DNA of 62,168 nucleotides, filler included, from Basidiobolus ranarum (taxonomy: Eukaryota): NCBI GenBank assembly GCA_040143965.1. It is 14 parts of 14 records of this genome, joined end to end, with 100 filler letters (N's around TTAATTAATTAA, not from the genome) between each part and the next. Parts side by side here need not be neighbours in the genome. Positions count along the whole stretch, not along the records: positions 48,955 to 53,293 come from JASJQH010008876.1; positions 53,394 to 57,731 come from JASJQH010008877.1; positions 57,832 to 62,168 come from JASJQH010008878.1; 11 more parts are not named here. The stretch is one strand, 5' to 3'. Positions 51,227 to 62,168 of the stretch are shown here, in pieces. Made by a program: the position numbers and the translations under genes. Each line of letters begins with the position of its first letter. Within the stretch, counting starts at the first letter, position 1. The notes under the pieces are model-generated. The model had not been told where the DNA came from. It searched no databases and saw only the letters and a list, made by a program, of their open reading frames with translations.

Positions 51227-52225
51227 GAGTAAAACTTTGGATGCAGAGAGTTTTGCGTTGTTTTCTTCTCCTAGAAGTGTTCCAGAGTCCATTTTCTTGC
51301 AGCTGCTTTTTTTTAATCTTGCTCAATTAATCAAATCCAACATGCACAAATCTCATACATCATTATTGAAGAGTTTCTTGTTTGCATTACACTTATATTT
51401 ACATAAAAGTCTCTTAGCTTATATGTAAGTTTGTAAAAGTTCTGAAACGTTTTGCCCAAAGCAAAATAATTCCCATTTTCATCAGTGATGATGCATTCTG
51501 ACTGATAAAAATTGGGTTTCAGCCTTTCTGAGGTGGCCTTACATACAGATATTAAGTTCTTGGCAATATCTGGAACATGTAGTACATACTCAAGAGTATA
51601 CAATTTCTCTTTGGAATCTCCAGTTAAATTGACTTAAATTGTTCCCATTCCAATAGCATCCAATGTGTGGTAATCACCCATGAAGACCTTTATAATTGGG
51701 TTCTCTTCATAATCCATGAACCAAAGTTTCTCATTAGTGAAATATTGGGAGGCTCCAGAATCAATATACCACATCTGAGAATCCTTGTTGGTAGTCATAG
51801 ATAGAGCAGATATGAACAAGTAATCTTCTGCTGTAACCATATTTAGATTTGATGTGTTTTCTTTCTTTTGCAATTCTTTTAAAACAATCTTTGCCTAAAT
51901 GTCCAGTTCTTTTACAGGTAATCCCAGATTGTGTTACATTTCTTCTCAAAGTGCTTTTCATCTTTTTAGCAAGGTTTTCCATGGCATATTAGAGCATTTC
52001 ATCACTCTTCTGGTTGGTTCCCAACTTGCATGAATCTTCATCCAGAAGTCTGCCAACTATCTAATTTATGGTCAAATTTTCAGTTCTTGATTCTAGAGCC
52101 ATTACTTGGCTCTGAAATCTTTGTGGCAGGCTATTCAAGACTGTAACCATGCTATCTTGATCATTACTAGGTTGTCCAATGCATTCTGTTTCATCCACTA
52201 AAATACTGACTCTATCAATTAGTGA
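51227..52225 (-). mobile_element. Second, older Copia gag-protease remnant interrupted by the family C element
   Basis: CKRTGHLGKDC, WYIDSGASQYF and LEYVLHVPDIAKNLISV. Confidence 0.85.
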
Positions 52226-53393
52226 CTTAACCCTAACAGAAATTTGAGGATTGTTATTGTAGGAAATCCATCAGAATTTTATTCCATTTGGGATTTACTG
52301 CTTACTTACCATTGTAAAATTATTAAGTTAGATTTGATTTTAATGAATTTTTTCAGTTTCAGGAGTGAAATTTCAAGATCATGCAAAATAGTTGCACATA
52401 ATTGGCTACCATCTAAGAGAACTATGGATCAATGCATGTGTAAAAAATGTAACTCCAATGTTTCACCTTTACCACTTCAACGCTAATTTGTCACCTTCCA
52501 AATTCATAGTTTCTTAAATATATTCTTCTGATTATTTTAATAAAATTCTGCATACCCAAGATTTAGCTCATATCCAACAGGAGTTTGTATCAATATCTCT
52601 GTCAAAGACCACCATTGTATTAGCATTGCTGAATCAATATTCTTCCAGCTATCTGGCAAATACCCTGCAATATTGCAGTACTCTCTATTAAGTTCTTCTC
52701 AGATATTGGCATGGTCAAAACCAGACTGAATTTCAAGTTGAGTGTTCTTCATCTGAAGCCACTTTCCGCATACTTGTACAGTGGTTTCCCTTCATACTCT
52801 TGAAAATACTACTTAAGTACTTTTACTAATGTCATTAGCCCTTGTAGTGTAACACTACTGAGGGTGCTTTGCGGTGTTTGTGTGGCTTTTTCCTTGCCTT
52901 TATCTTTGGGGCTAATTTCAACACTTTGAAAAGTATCAGTTGAGGTTGTAGAGCTGTGAGTTTTATTTGCTGGTGTTTTGGCTTGTTGAGAGGTGCCAGG
53001 TGATGGATAAACTTTCAAATATAGCACTCTTCAAACTGGTGTATCTGGTTCCATGGTACAATTAAGCTTTTTTGCCAGTATATCTGACTCTGGAAATGCA
53101 GATCTTTGTAATGGTGTGAAGAATTTGGAAATGAGACAGTAGAGCCTAAACTCAATGGCTCTTTGCTTTTCCCTTGGGTTTACAAACTTCCTGCTCCTTA
53201 AGAACTTTTTTAGCTGCTTTTCTTTCTTTACCAAGTTGATAATTGTGTACATTTTTGAGATGTTTCATCAATAGGCCTATACTAGCCCAATTGNNNNNNN
53301 NNNNNNNNNNNNNNNNNNNNNNNNNNNNNNNNNNNNNTTAATTAATTAANNNNNNNNNNNNNNNNNNNNNNNNNNNNNNNNNNNNNNNNNNNN

Positions 53394-54240
53394 AGACTTT
53401 CTCTTGACATGGATTAATAATCGAGGAAATGTTGAGTTTGTGGGGGCTACTTGTTTGGTAGGGGGCGTATCTAGACTTGGTACCATTTATCTTCTTCGCA
53501 AGAGTATGCAACTGGTGTTTCTCACATGAGAGCACCTTTAGAAGACATTCAACCTGTTGCGTGCAGGTGAAATTATGAAGTAGTTCCGACCATCGCAGAA
53601 ACACGCTGTTAGAGACAAAAAGTCGATAGTCGATCAACCGCAAGAAAGTGACTTCCATGGAATTCACTTCGGTTACACTGGAGTTTGTAACTCTAGCCCA
53701 GGCCGAATTTTTACAGTTGCGATCCTGTACGAACTTGGATGCCACTATGATTGAGGCCAATAACATCCGACGTCCGCATTTTGAAAAGTCGGATTTATTT
53801 TCACAGGACTGCTTATACCTTGCGGAAACCTTCACCCGCAGCAGATAGAGCAGCGCAGTTTGAAGAACGTGGAGCGTAGTCTTTGAGCGAATAACAATCT
53901 CTTTGATGAAGGTGCGTAGTGGGATTATTTGCGATTGTTTACAAGTGGAATGGTTAGGCCAGATTGAGTCAATGATTATAGCAGCAGCGTCTAAAGATTT
54001 AGTGAGTTAGAATGTTGTCAACGTAGAGGGTATAAATAATTAGGCTGTACCGATGACGCCAAGAACCATCCTCTTTTTCTGAATAATTGAGGCGCATGCT
54101 TTGTCGTTGTCTATTTTATATGGTAAGGAATCCATGTTGGGAATTGATCGATGTTGGTATGGTATATGTCTAACTGTAGAGTAAAGATGTGGCAGTTTTA
54201 CTAGACTAGTGACAGATGGGTGTCTTAAATAGCAAGACAT
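53394..54240 (-). CDS. Pho85-type cyclin (Pcl5/Pas1-like), exons 54240-54051 and 53990-53394, 3' truncated
   Basis: PLRTFIKEIVIRSKTT..LQTALLYL, CGRRMLLASIIVASKFVQDRN..NSAWA and EVNSMEVTFLRLIDYRLFV. GT-AG intron in frame. Confidence 0.87.
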
Positions 54241-56847
54241 GCATCGCTGAGAAGTAAGATCTCGGCTTTACCCCATTCAGTAATCTAGATGGAATATTCG
54301 CCGAGTGTGTCACCGTAAATTTTACTAAGGCTTAACCAAGAATAGAGTATTTGCAAATGACTAATCGGCTGAATATCTGATTCTGATTTTAGTCATGAAC
54401 ACATTAATAATGCATTATGAATGTTGCCGATATTTGCTGTGATTTTCTGGAATAAGCTTCTCCAAAAAGCACCGATTTGTAATGAGATCCAATAGCAATA
54501 TGTTGCCTGCCATCCTGGCCACGATCTTTGTCTGATCCACCTGCGACCAATGTTGATCCAGTCAATACATTAAGCATTGTGAGCTTGACTTTTCTTATGC
54601 TCGGGTCTGAGAGTCGATATGTAGATCACATTCCAGTTATGGGGCCGAAGATTGAGTTGGTTGATGTCTGATCCGAACTCCGGCCCTTCATTGTCGTGCG
54701 GCAGTCGGAACAGTATCCGGGTTTTACGTATTCAATGCTTGTATTCGCAATCTCTTATTGTTAAGCTAAGCTAGATCCTACGGTTTGTTCAAGGCCAAGC
54801 TAGGCTATTATCTGATTTGCATGGCGGCAGTTTGTGGGTTCCTTGCTGCTTAGTTCTTTCATCCCCTATTGTTACTATTATTGGATATTCAGCAATGCTG
54901 GAAAATTCCGAATGTTTGGGAAATCGCCTCTGTGAAAAGCTGGAAACCGGTTTAGGGATTTCAATTGTCAAATGCTGACCAAAGAATATGTTACCGCTGT
55001 CTGATACACACGATCGTTGCTTTGGCGTAAAGTTGGATTCTACAGGAAGCGCAGGAGCTAGTCTAGTTGATAGTACTATTGCATATGATTGTTCTATTTG
55101 ATGATCGACTGTGGCTAGTAGATCAGATGACACAGATTCCATGTATACTTTATGTTGACTGGAATCTACTCCAAAAGTTCCTGAATGTGAGCACAGCACA
55201 CCGTTTAGAGCACCCTACAATCCACAGAATGCAACCGTGTTTAGTCTGTTGATATCTCTGCGACTGTGGTTCATTCTCTCTGACACGCTTGGACACACTG
55301 AAAAGAATCAGTGGAATTCTCCTAACATTGATCACAACTCGGGAAATTAAGGATTCACATATTGGGGTGTGTTAAACAAGGAATGGGGTCAAATTATTCA
55401 GCAGAATTGCGGCACTTAGTTATTCTAGGTCATTCACATAAGTATTCAAGAATGAACGAGAGCATGGAGATTAGCTAGTCATTCATACTACCAATGCAAA
55501 TAGAGGATCTTACCAAACAGCCCAGAGGATGACCATGTGCGAAAGTCATCGACTTGCATTAATCCAGACCATTTATCCGCAGATTGCTACGCTTAACTTG
55601 GGCAAGCAACAAGTCAAATGAAGACTGGCAGATATCCGCATTATTCATGCCAGGCAGACATCTTGCACTACGTTAATTAACCATTAAAGTTGCATCGCTT
55701 TCTGTCTAACCAGAGAAACTGCTGTGCTCAGATATTGCATACCTCTTTCAGATACGATAAGCGCTCATTGCCGGAGACGCGCCTAAACTAAGCTTTGTAT
55801 TTACATATCCAAAATGGTTTGAGATAACCTAAGCCTAGCACTAATGGAATAAAGCATCACCAATCAAATGATAAATAGAAAATTGCTAGGTAGATGTCTA
55901 GATACATGCGATGTTGGATTAGTAATGGAGCGATTGGATTAATTATCATCTTCATTTCACCGCTATTGCCGACTTGCTTTGGTAATTGCTGACCCATATC
56001 CGGTAGTGGTTGGCATTGTCATTGAAAAAACAGAATTTTTAAACACCAATTCCCAAATCTTTCCCCCACTTCCTTAGCACCATAAAAACTATTGGTATTT
56101 TTTTGCATTTCAAACACAAGCACAACTACTAACTATGAAATCTACCATCCTAAACACTTCCAACTCATCCTTAATACTCAGCGACACCAGTCAGCCCGTA
56201 CAATCACTAATCTACAATGTTAAAATGGTTAAAATATCAGAATTAAGCATCTAACTATTCATAAATATTGTTTAGCATAGTTGATATTCATTTAGCTAAT
56301 ATTTCGTATGTCGAAACTGTCACATATTTTGGATATATTTGACAAATGTCAGAAATGTTCCGAAAAGAGAGAAATTATCAAACTCGTCTAAAACTCCCTC
56401 AACTTTAACCCCAACTTTCTGAACACTCCAGAAACATATCTCTGTTGTTACTCTTTTTATGTGCAGCATAAGTATAAATATTTATTTTTCATTCAGTAAC
56501 ACAACAAGTTCAGATCACATATTTCTTCTAATTATCCTAAACACCTCCAATTCTTCGCAAATACTCACAATAAAAGTGAAAATGGGTGGACGAAATTTTA
56601 ATATCTGCTCTATAGCTGATGTAATCCATACTTTATATGTTTGAAAATTTGAAATGGTCTGCATATCTACGTGCTCAATAACTTTCACTGATAGCACCGG
56701 ATTGAAGTATTCAAGTATATGTATTGCTACAAGATATATATTCAACTTGTATTTAGTAGTCCAGTACTTTTTCCAGACAGTGGCATGTCTTGTAATTGGA
56801 TTTTGAAGTTATGGGGACATAAGGTGGTTAGCTTCGGCAGAAGATTT

Positions 56848-57237
56848 TGTTGAAATTAGCATAGCTTAAGGTCTATATAGTCATATATAGCTTAGTATTT
56901 AGTTATTCCATATTGAACCAAGATATCGCGAACTATTCTTAAGAGGATTTTGATTAGAAGTTCGAAGATATATAGATTTCAAACTTGAGCTAGAGGCTCT
57001 AAACTTTGCACACATGTTCCTGAGACCTTCCTAAACACATTCTACAAGTTTTTTTGCTTACGTCCTGACGAAACTATAAATGTCAACTTTCTACTCAATA
57101 AATCAACAAGTGATAACCACCAATTTCTCTATTTTCTCCAAACCACTTCCAACAGGCTCCCAAAATACTTGAACAAAAGTCACCATTACTTCTAGTTCTT
57201 CAAACCACTTCCAACAAACTCCCAAAATACTTCAACA
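56848..57237 (+). mobile_element. Family B LTR (56848-57175) with duplicated 3' end
   Basis: TGTTGAAATTAGCAT...AATACTTGAACA, followed by a repeat of the last ~57 bp. Confidence 0.88.
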
Positions 57238-57301
57238 TACTTGAGAGCATTTCTTCCATCAGTAAGAAGTGCCAGTGAAAATCTTCTTACACAGTACAAG
57301 T

Positions 57302-57731
57302 TGTCAAAGTATTTGGGAGCCTGTTGGAAGTGTATATATATCTGAGAACTTCTAAGTTAGTAAAAATATTTCAAGTAAATTCCAATCAAGAATAATGGAT
57401 AATATCTTAGTGAACTATAAGATAACTAAGTACTAAGCTATATATGACTATATAGGTGCTTAGGCAATGCTAATTTTGTTGGAGGATCTTGACATAATGG
57501 GGGTAGACTTTGAGTATTAGAAGCAACTTATGATAGTGTGTTTTAGTTAGTTTATTCTCAAGAGTAGATGGTGACTTATATAGTAGAAAAGTAAATCAAT
57601 TGTTTGAGATATTCAGGAGCTTGTGTAATAAGATATAATAGATAAGTGGGGGTAATAAGACATACTTGTTATATAGATATAGAGATATTCCTATTCAGAA
57701 TATAGTGCCTATAGATACGTTGCTTTCTGTT
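57302..57731. mobile_element. Deleted family B LTR (minus, 57302-57476) interrupted by a different LTR-like sequence starting TGTTGG at 57477
   Basis: Family B similarity stops 5 nt before its terminus, exactly where TGTTGGAGG begins. Confidence 0.7.
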
Positions 57732-59690
57732 NNNNNNNNNNNNNNNNNNNNNNNNNNNNNNNNNNNNNNNNNNNNTTAATTAATTAANNNNNNNNNNNNN
57801 NNNNNNNNNNNNNNNNNNNNNNNNNNNNNNNTCATGCCAGAGGGTGATGGATAGTGCCAAATTGTGCCGCATAAATTTTAGAATACTTTATCCAATATGA
57901 TATATACAGCACACTCTGGCACTATCACAGAGAACAAGTCCATAGTAAATCTGAAGTTATGCAAACTGCAATAAAAAACCCTTAAGTCTGTCAACTTCTG
58001 AAATGCCTACTTCAATTATGCAATGTCCTTATGTAGAAAATTTAGATAAAATAATTACAACTAGGAATTCTCCTGCAGGGCACAGCAAGGGTCTATATGA
58101 GTTTGTAAGTAACATCTATAAAGTTGCTACACAAGCCATGACAAGCACTAACACATAAACATTGCAATTAATGCAGCATTTTGAAGCAATGAGTTGTTAG
58201 GTAGAGAGTTACTCAATAATGATACAAGATCTTCACAATGCTGTACTATAACTTTAGCATGATGCTGCTCTCTCAGTTGTTTCTGCCGCTGGATTTCCAT
58301 CAATCCCAGATCATTAATGAATGTCACAATCACAATCCTACAGAGCAGAAAATGGGTTAGACCATTAACCAAAGGAGCTAGTAGGCTTTGTCTGACACAT
58401 TTTCTGTTACATCTCACAGGAAATGTGTCAGGAATCGTTCTGATATGAACTCTATTGGGAAATACTCCACAAAATGACCTGGCGTGCTTGAGTTATTTAT
58501 CTAAGAATTTCAATTGACATTGTAAAATTCTCTACATCCTATATACCAAAATTTCTGCTTGTATTGATTATCCAAATTATTTCAATTATGTGTAATTGAA
58601 TGAAAGTTATAAAATAAACTGCATCAGCAAAGTTAATCATAGCTCAATCTGAGTTAATTTATTTTGCATACATATTGAAACAGCTCAAAGAGGGATACAT
58701 TATGCTTGATCACACTGTAGGAAATTAACTTTGACATTTTAACCAATAATATAAAAAGATCCCTAATGCTGATTGAAACCAATCAAGTCTAACATCATAT
58801 ATTTATACAGTAGTTACATATCATGTCAAAACAGATTCTTCCTGATTCACAGCCTACTTTGGTACAGGAAACCACCACTTCCAAAATTTTGTGCATGCAG
58901 TCAAATGAAGGTGTGGGTGGCACAAAGCAATGTATGCCTGATAATTTTACAGATGCCCAGGAATCCACTATGAATTCTTGCTTGCATATATGGCAGTTAT
59001 TGATGAGCTTGACAGAAGCTGGTGAGGGGGGCATTAGACAACCATGGAAGCAACTATTGACTCTGCTTTGGAGAGAATACTCTGTCTTTGTGCCTTCAAA
59101 AGTCTGCAAGAGAATGTACAATAAAACTCATGAGGATAGAAAGCGTGAATGGACAAATAGGAACTTTGATTTTGAGTCCACAAAGACACAATTCCAATTG
59201 TGTTTTTGCTTGTATGGACTGGAAGCAACCATTGCAGCCCCAACCTTAGAGACAAAATATGTTCTAAATAGATATATACCACTACTCAATGAGACTTTGC
59301 AACAACTGTTGATGCAGGTTGCAGAGTTCAAAACAACATTTTGGGACACTATGGCAAGAGTAATTGACAGTTGTGTAAAGAGAGAAGCAAGATAATTAAT
59401 TGAATCAGAAGATATTCCTAAAGGTAAATTGGAGTAGTCTAGACCATTGCACAGACATACTAGATCACTCCAAATTGCAGAGACTTCTGAAAAGATATCT
59501 ATTTCACAAGAAGAATCTACACAATTCACCACTAGATTTGAGGTAACCCTTCCAACAAGGGCTAGAGCCCAAAAAGTTTGTTCATCAGCTAGTAGTACAC
59601 ATCAACAGCAATGCCAGCATGGAAGAGTCTGAAATGTTTCTCCCTTTTTTGACAAAGAGCAAGCAGTCAATGAAGAACCACATACAGGAT

Positions 59691-60068
59691 TGTTGAAGCT
59701 TATTGTCATTGTCATATTTGTTATCTCCATCTTTATACACCTTAATATTTCATATATCACATTTAAGTTAGTTGATATTACTTATTCAAATATCACTTAA
59801 CTGAAAATTGGAATATAAATTATATATATATGTGAGTAATGTGAGCATTGGCAATTCTATATTAGAAATTTCAAACTCATCCAAATTGCCCTAAATATAG
59901 CTCATTTTACTACCACAGATGTTCTGAACACAACCCCGGTGTTAGATTTCTATATTTGCACCAAAATGTATAAATACTTTATTTCTGAACAATAAATAAT
60001 TATCTCGCAAAGCTGTTCAGAACTCCACTTTTCTAAAATTCCTCCAAGCAGCCCATATTTTCCCAATA
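59691..60068 (+). mobile_element. Solo LTR, Copia family A (TGTTG...CAATA)
   Basis: 378 bp, homologous to 2871-3248, TSD AGGAT/AAGAT. The empty site is visible in copy 1 near 9250. Confidence 0.93.
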
Positions 60069-60211
60069 AAGATGGCCTGCATTTTGATGCATCATAGCAT
60101 GTGATATACCTGATTCAACCAAACCAACCAGTAAACTTTTAAATCTGGAGAAGAGACAGCTCCAAGTAGCATGCCTCCAGAATGACATACCAGTTTAGTG
60201 CATACTTCCCC

Positions 60212-61260
60212 TGTAGTGTGGGATAGGGGTTTTAATTAAAATATGCAATAACAAAGCTCAATCCCACTACAAACTTCCAGCAAAGCTGAATTCTTTATAC
60301 TGGAAGCTTAACACATTTATAGGAGATATATTCTTCACTCTATCTTTAAAGGCTAAAGGCACTATAGTATGTCAATAGCTTGAAGACTTTCTGAAAAATG
60401 ATTATTTCTGATAATAGAATAATCAAAAATCTTCAACACTACCAGAGCAGATAAAACTGTGGTGGTTTCTCTAACTTGAAGTCTGGAGAAGAAGATATAG
60501 TTCTTTTGAGATTGGCAATGACTTTGACTGAGAGTTGGATAGATTCTATGGCTCTAGAAGTGAAGACAACTATCAGATAATCTGAACAGCAAACTTCAAA
60601 AGTCAAGACTAGTTGAGTTTCTAACGGAATCTTTATTATCCTACTATGATACAGGGTATAAGGTCTAGTTAAAGAAAGGATAATGAATATGGGCCAGTTT
60701 TGGATGGTGCTAAGGCTAGAAGCTTTTTCACTAGGTGGAAGGGTTGCTTATGTAAAGAAATAGCTGAGATTAAATGCCATGAATAGGTGGATGAGTCTAA
60801 ATAATACAAATTGGTGGCCTAGCATTGAAGTGGCAATAAGAGCACTAATATAGCAGTTGTAGCTTTGCATCAAGTACTGTTGCAGCTCTGTGTAAAATTT
60901 GAATTGAATCCATTGACTGTTTAAAAAGGTAGCACTAATTATGTGAGCATATTGGGGTCCTGAATTCCTGTGTTCTGAATATATAATAGTGTTGATTTTT
61001 GTGTTGGCAATTTTGAAATGGTTGTAGCTCCACCAACAATGGATCAAATCTTATGATTCTTAGATGGTTGCAAAATTCTATTTCAGGGGTCTTTGATTAG
61101 AGTTAGAGTTACTTTAATCAGCTAAGAATTAATGCAACTATCAGTAATTGATTATTCTTGTTCTTTTTCTTGATCTTCAAATATATCATATGATAGCAAT
61201 AAATAATATTCTTCACACTTATTGTGTGCAAGATATTGTTGGAATATTTCCAACACTACA
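60212..61260. mobile_element. ~1.05-kb insertion with TGTAGTGT...ACACTACA termini (putative solo LTR)
   Basis: 8-bp inverted termini. Absent from the homologous position (~9110-9120) of copy 1. TSD is degenerate. Confidence 0.7.
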
Positions 61261-61379
61261 CCATCTAACAGCAGCAAAGGCTAAATGCAAGAATAATTGA
61301 ACCTTCCTCTTTGTTGGATGAAGATCTGACACCTGAGAGCAATCTACTAAGACAGAAATCTGCTCCAATGCAAACACTC

Positions 61380-61820
61380 ACAAGACCAAGATAACAGGTG
61401 TTTGAGAGAGATAGTGAAGCTCTTACTGATCTTGAAGAAGCCACAAAAGTTGAATGCAAACCTCAAGGTAGATAATATGTTCCAACACATTCCGCCTTGC
61501 AACCAAGGTCACGGTAGCCAGTCAAAAGAGACAAGCTTCTATTGCGCTTGAGGAGGCAAGAACTCCCAAATGCAAACCTCAAGGTAGATGACTTGATCCA
61601 ACACATACTGGATTGTGACTATGGTAACAGCCAGTCAAAAGAGATGAAGCTTCCAATGTGGTTGAAGAAGCAATAACCACCAAACATAAGCCATAAGGTA
61701 GACAACTCACTTAAACACATGCTGCCATGTGACCACAGCCATAGCCAGTTGAAAGAGATGAAGCTTCTACCATGGTTGAAGAGGCAAGACCTGCCAAACA
61801 CAAACCTCAAGGTAGACTAC
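61380..61820 (+). repeat. Degenerate ~114-bp tandem repeat (about 4 units) in the accessory ORF tail
   Basis: AAACCTCAAGGTAGA-like anchors at 61458, 61574, 61688 and 61802. Confidence 0.8.
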
Positions 61821-62120
61821 TTGCACCATATTGGCTTGAAGTGGCTCAATCCATGCACATTCTCACCCAATCAGAAACTTCCATGATTAAATTAATAATT
61901 TGCTGATCTAAAAGTGTTGTGCATCAACATACAAAGTTGTTTAACTTACACCATATCTATTTGCTTATCCCTTCTATCAGATCATATGACCTATCACATG
62001 ATTGTTATCCAATCAGTATTAACCTCTGAGTCATCTGCCTAGACACAAGTCAATTTGAGTCACAAGATTCATAACCAATGATCTTTCACTGCCAAGACTT
62101 CAGCTGATGCATGACTCACT

Positions 62121-62140
62121 TATCTATCTATCTATCTATC
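62121..62140. repeat. (TATC)5 microsatellite
   Basis: Read directly from the sequence. Confidence 0.9.
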
Positions 62141-62168
62141 CAATCACATTTTCTTCTATCAGAATTAG

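Larger units (their letters stand above)
57832..61830. mobile_element. Degenerate PIF/Harbinger-like DNA transposon, copy 2, with two nested insertions
   Basis: Plus accessory ORF from 58823 is homologous to 10118-8920. Minus-strand GVFPNRVHIRTIPDTFPVR matches the copy 1 transposase after a ~400-bp deletion. Confidence 0.65.

Noticed and set aside
26734..54240. A cross-window gene cluster (e.g. LPMO plus esterase plus peptidase, or CDK plus cyclin)
   Set aside because: The genes lie on different contigs joined arbitrarily, so linkage cannot be inferred across spacers.
54789..55335. ORFs upstream of the cyclin gene as proteins
   Set aside because: No recognisable domains, overlapping frames and mostly non-ATG starts; likely non-coding upstream sequence.
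4361..57831. Periodic TTAATTAATTAA motif every ~4.45 kb as a biological repeat or array
   Set aside because: It is always embedded in N44 runs and separates size-sorted contigs, so it is an artificial linker. ORFs running into X residues are artefacts.

Overview
This is not one locus. It is 14 unrelated contigs of about 4.3 kb, in descending length from 4360 to 4337 nt, joined by 13 artificial 100-nt spacers (N44-TTAATTAATTAA-N44), so adjacency across spacers means nothing. The DNA is eukaryotic and AT-rich with short GT-AG introns. Gene content and intron style suggest an early-diverging fungus, possibly Basidiobolus-like (inference only). Host genes found: a 7-exon CDK11/PITSLRE kinase, a Siz/PIAS SUMO ligase, a PH-RhoGAP, a C2H2 factor, an AA11-like LPMO with a Pro/Lys tail, an LpqC-like esterase, a DPP-IV C-terminus, an aldo-keto reductase C-terminus, a Pcl-type cyclin, a dienelactone hydrolase pair, an orphan 10-Cys secreted protein and two tandem small paralogs with mitochondrial-like presequences. 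Several pseudogenes are also present. A large part of the window is decayed, nested transposons: Copia with half-tRNA-type PBS and three LTR families, Gypsy/chromovirus, CACTA, and a two-ORF Harbinger-like element found in two contigs. Transposon DNA shows strong CpG-specific C-to-T decay that host genes lack. No CRISPR array, rRNA or tRNA was seen, and no single new multi-gene system can be demonstrated. The best leads are repeat-targeted CpG decay, a TG..TA-ended LTR family, the Harbinger-like element, the orphan Cys-rich protein and the small paralog pair.
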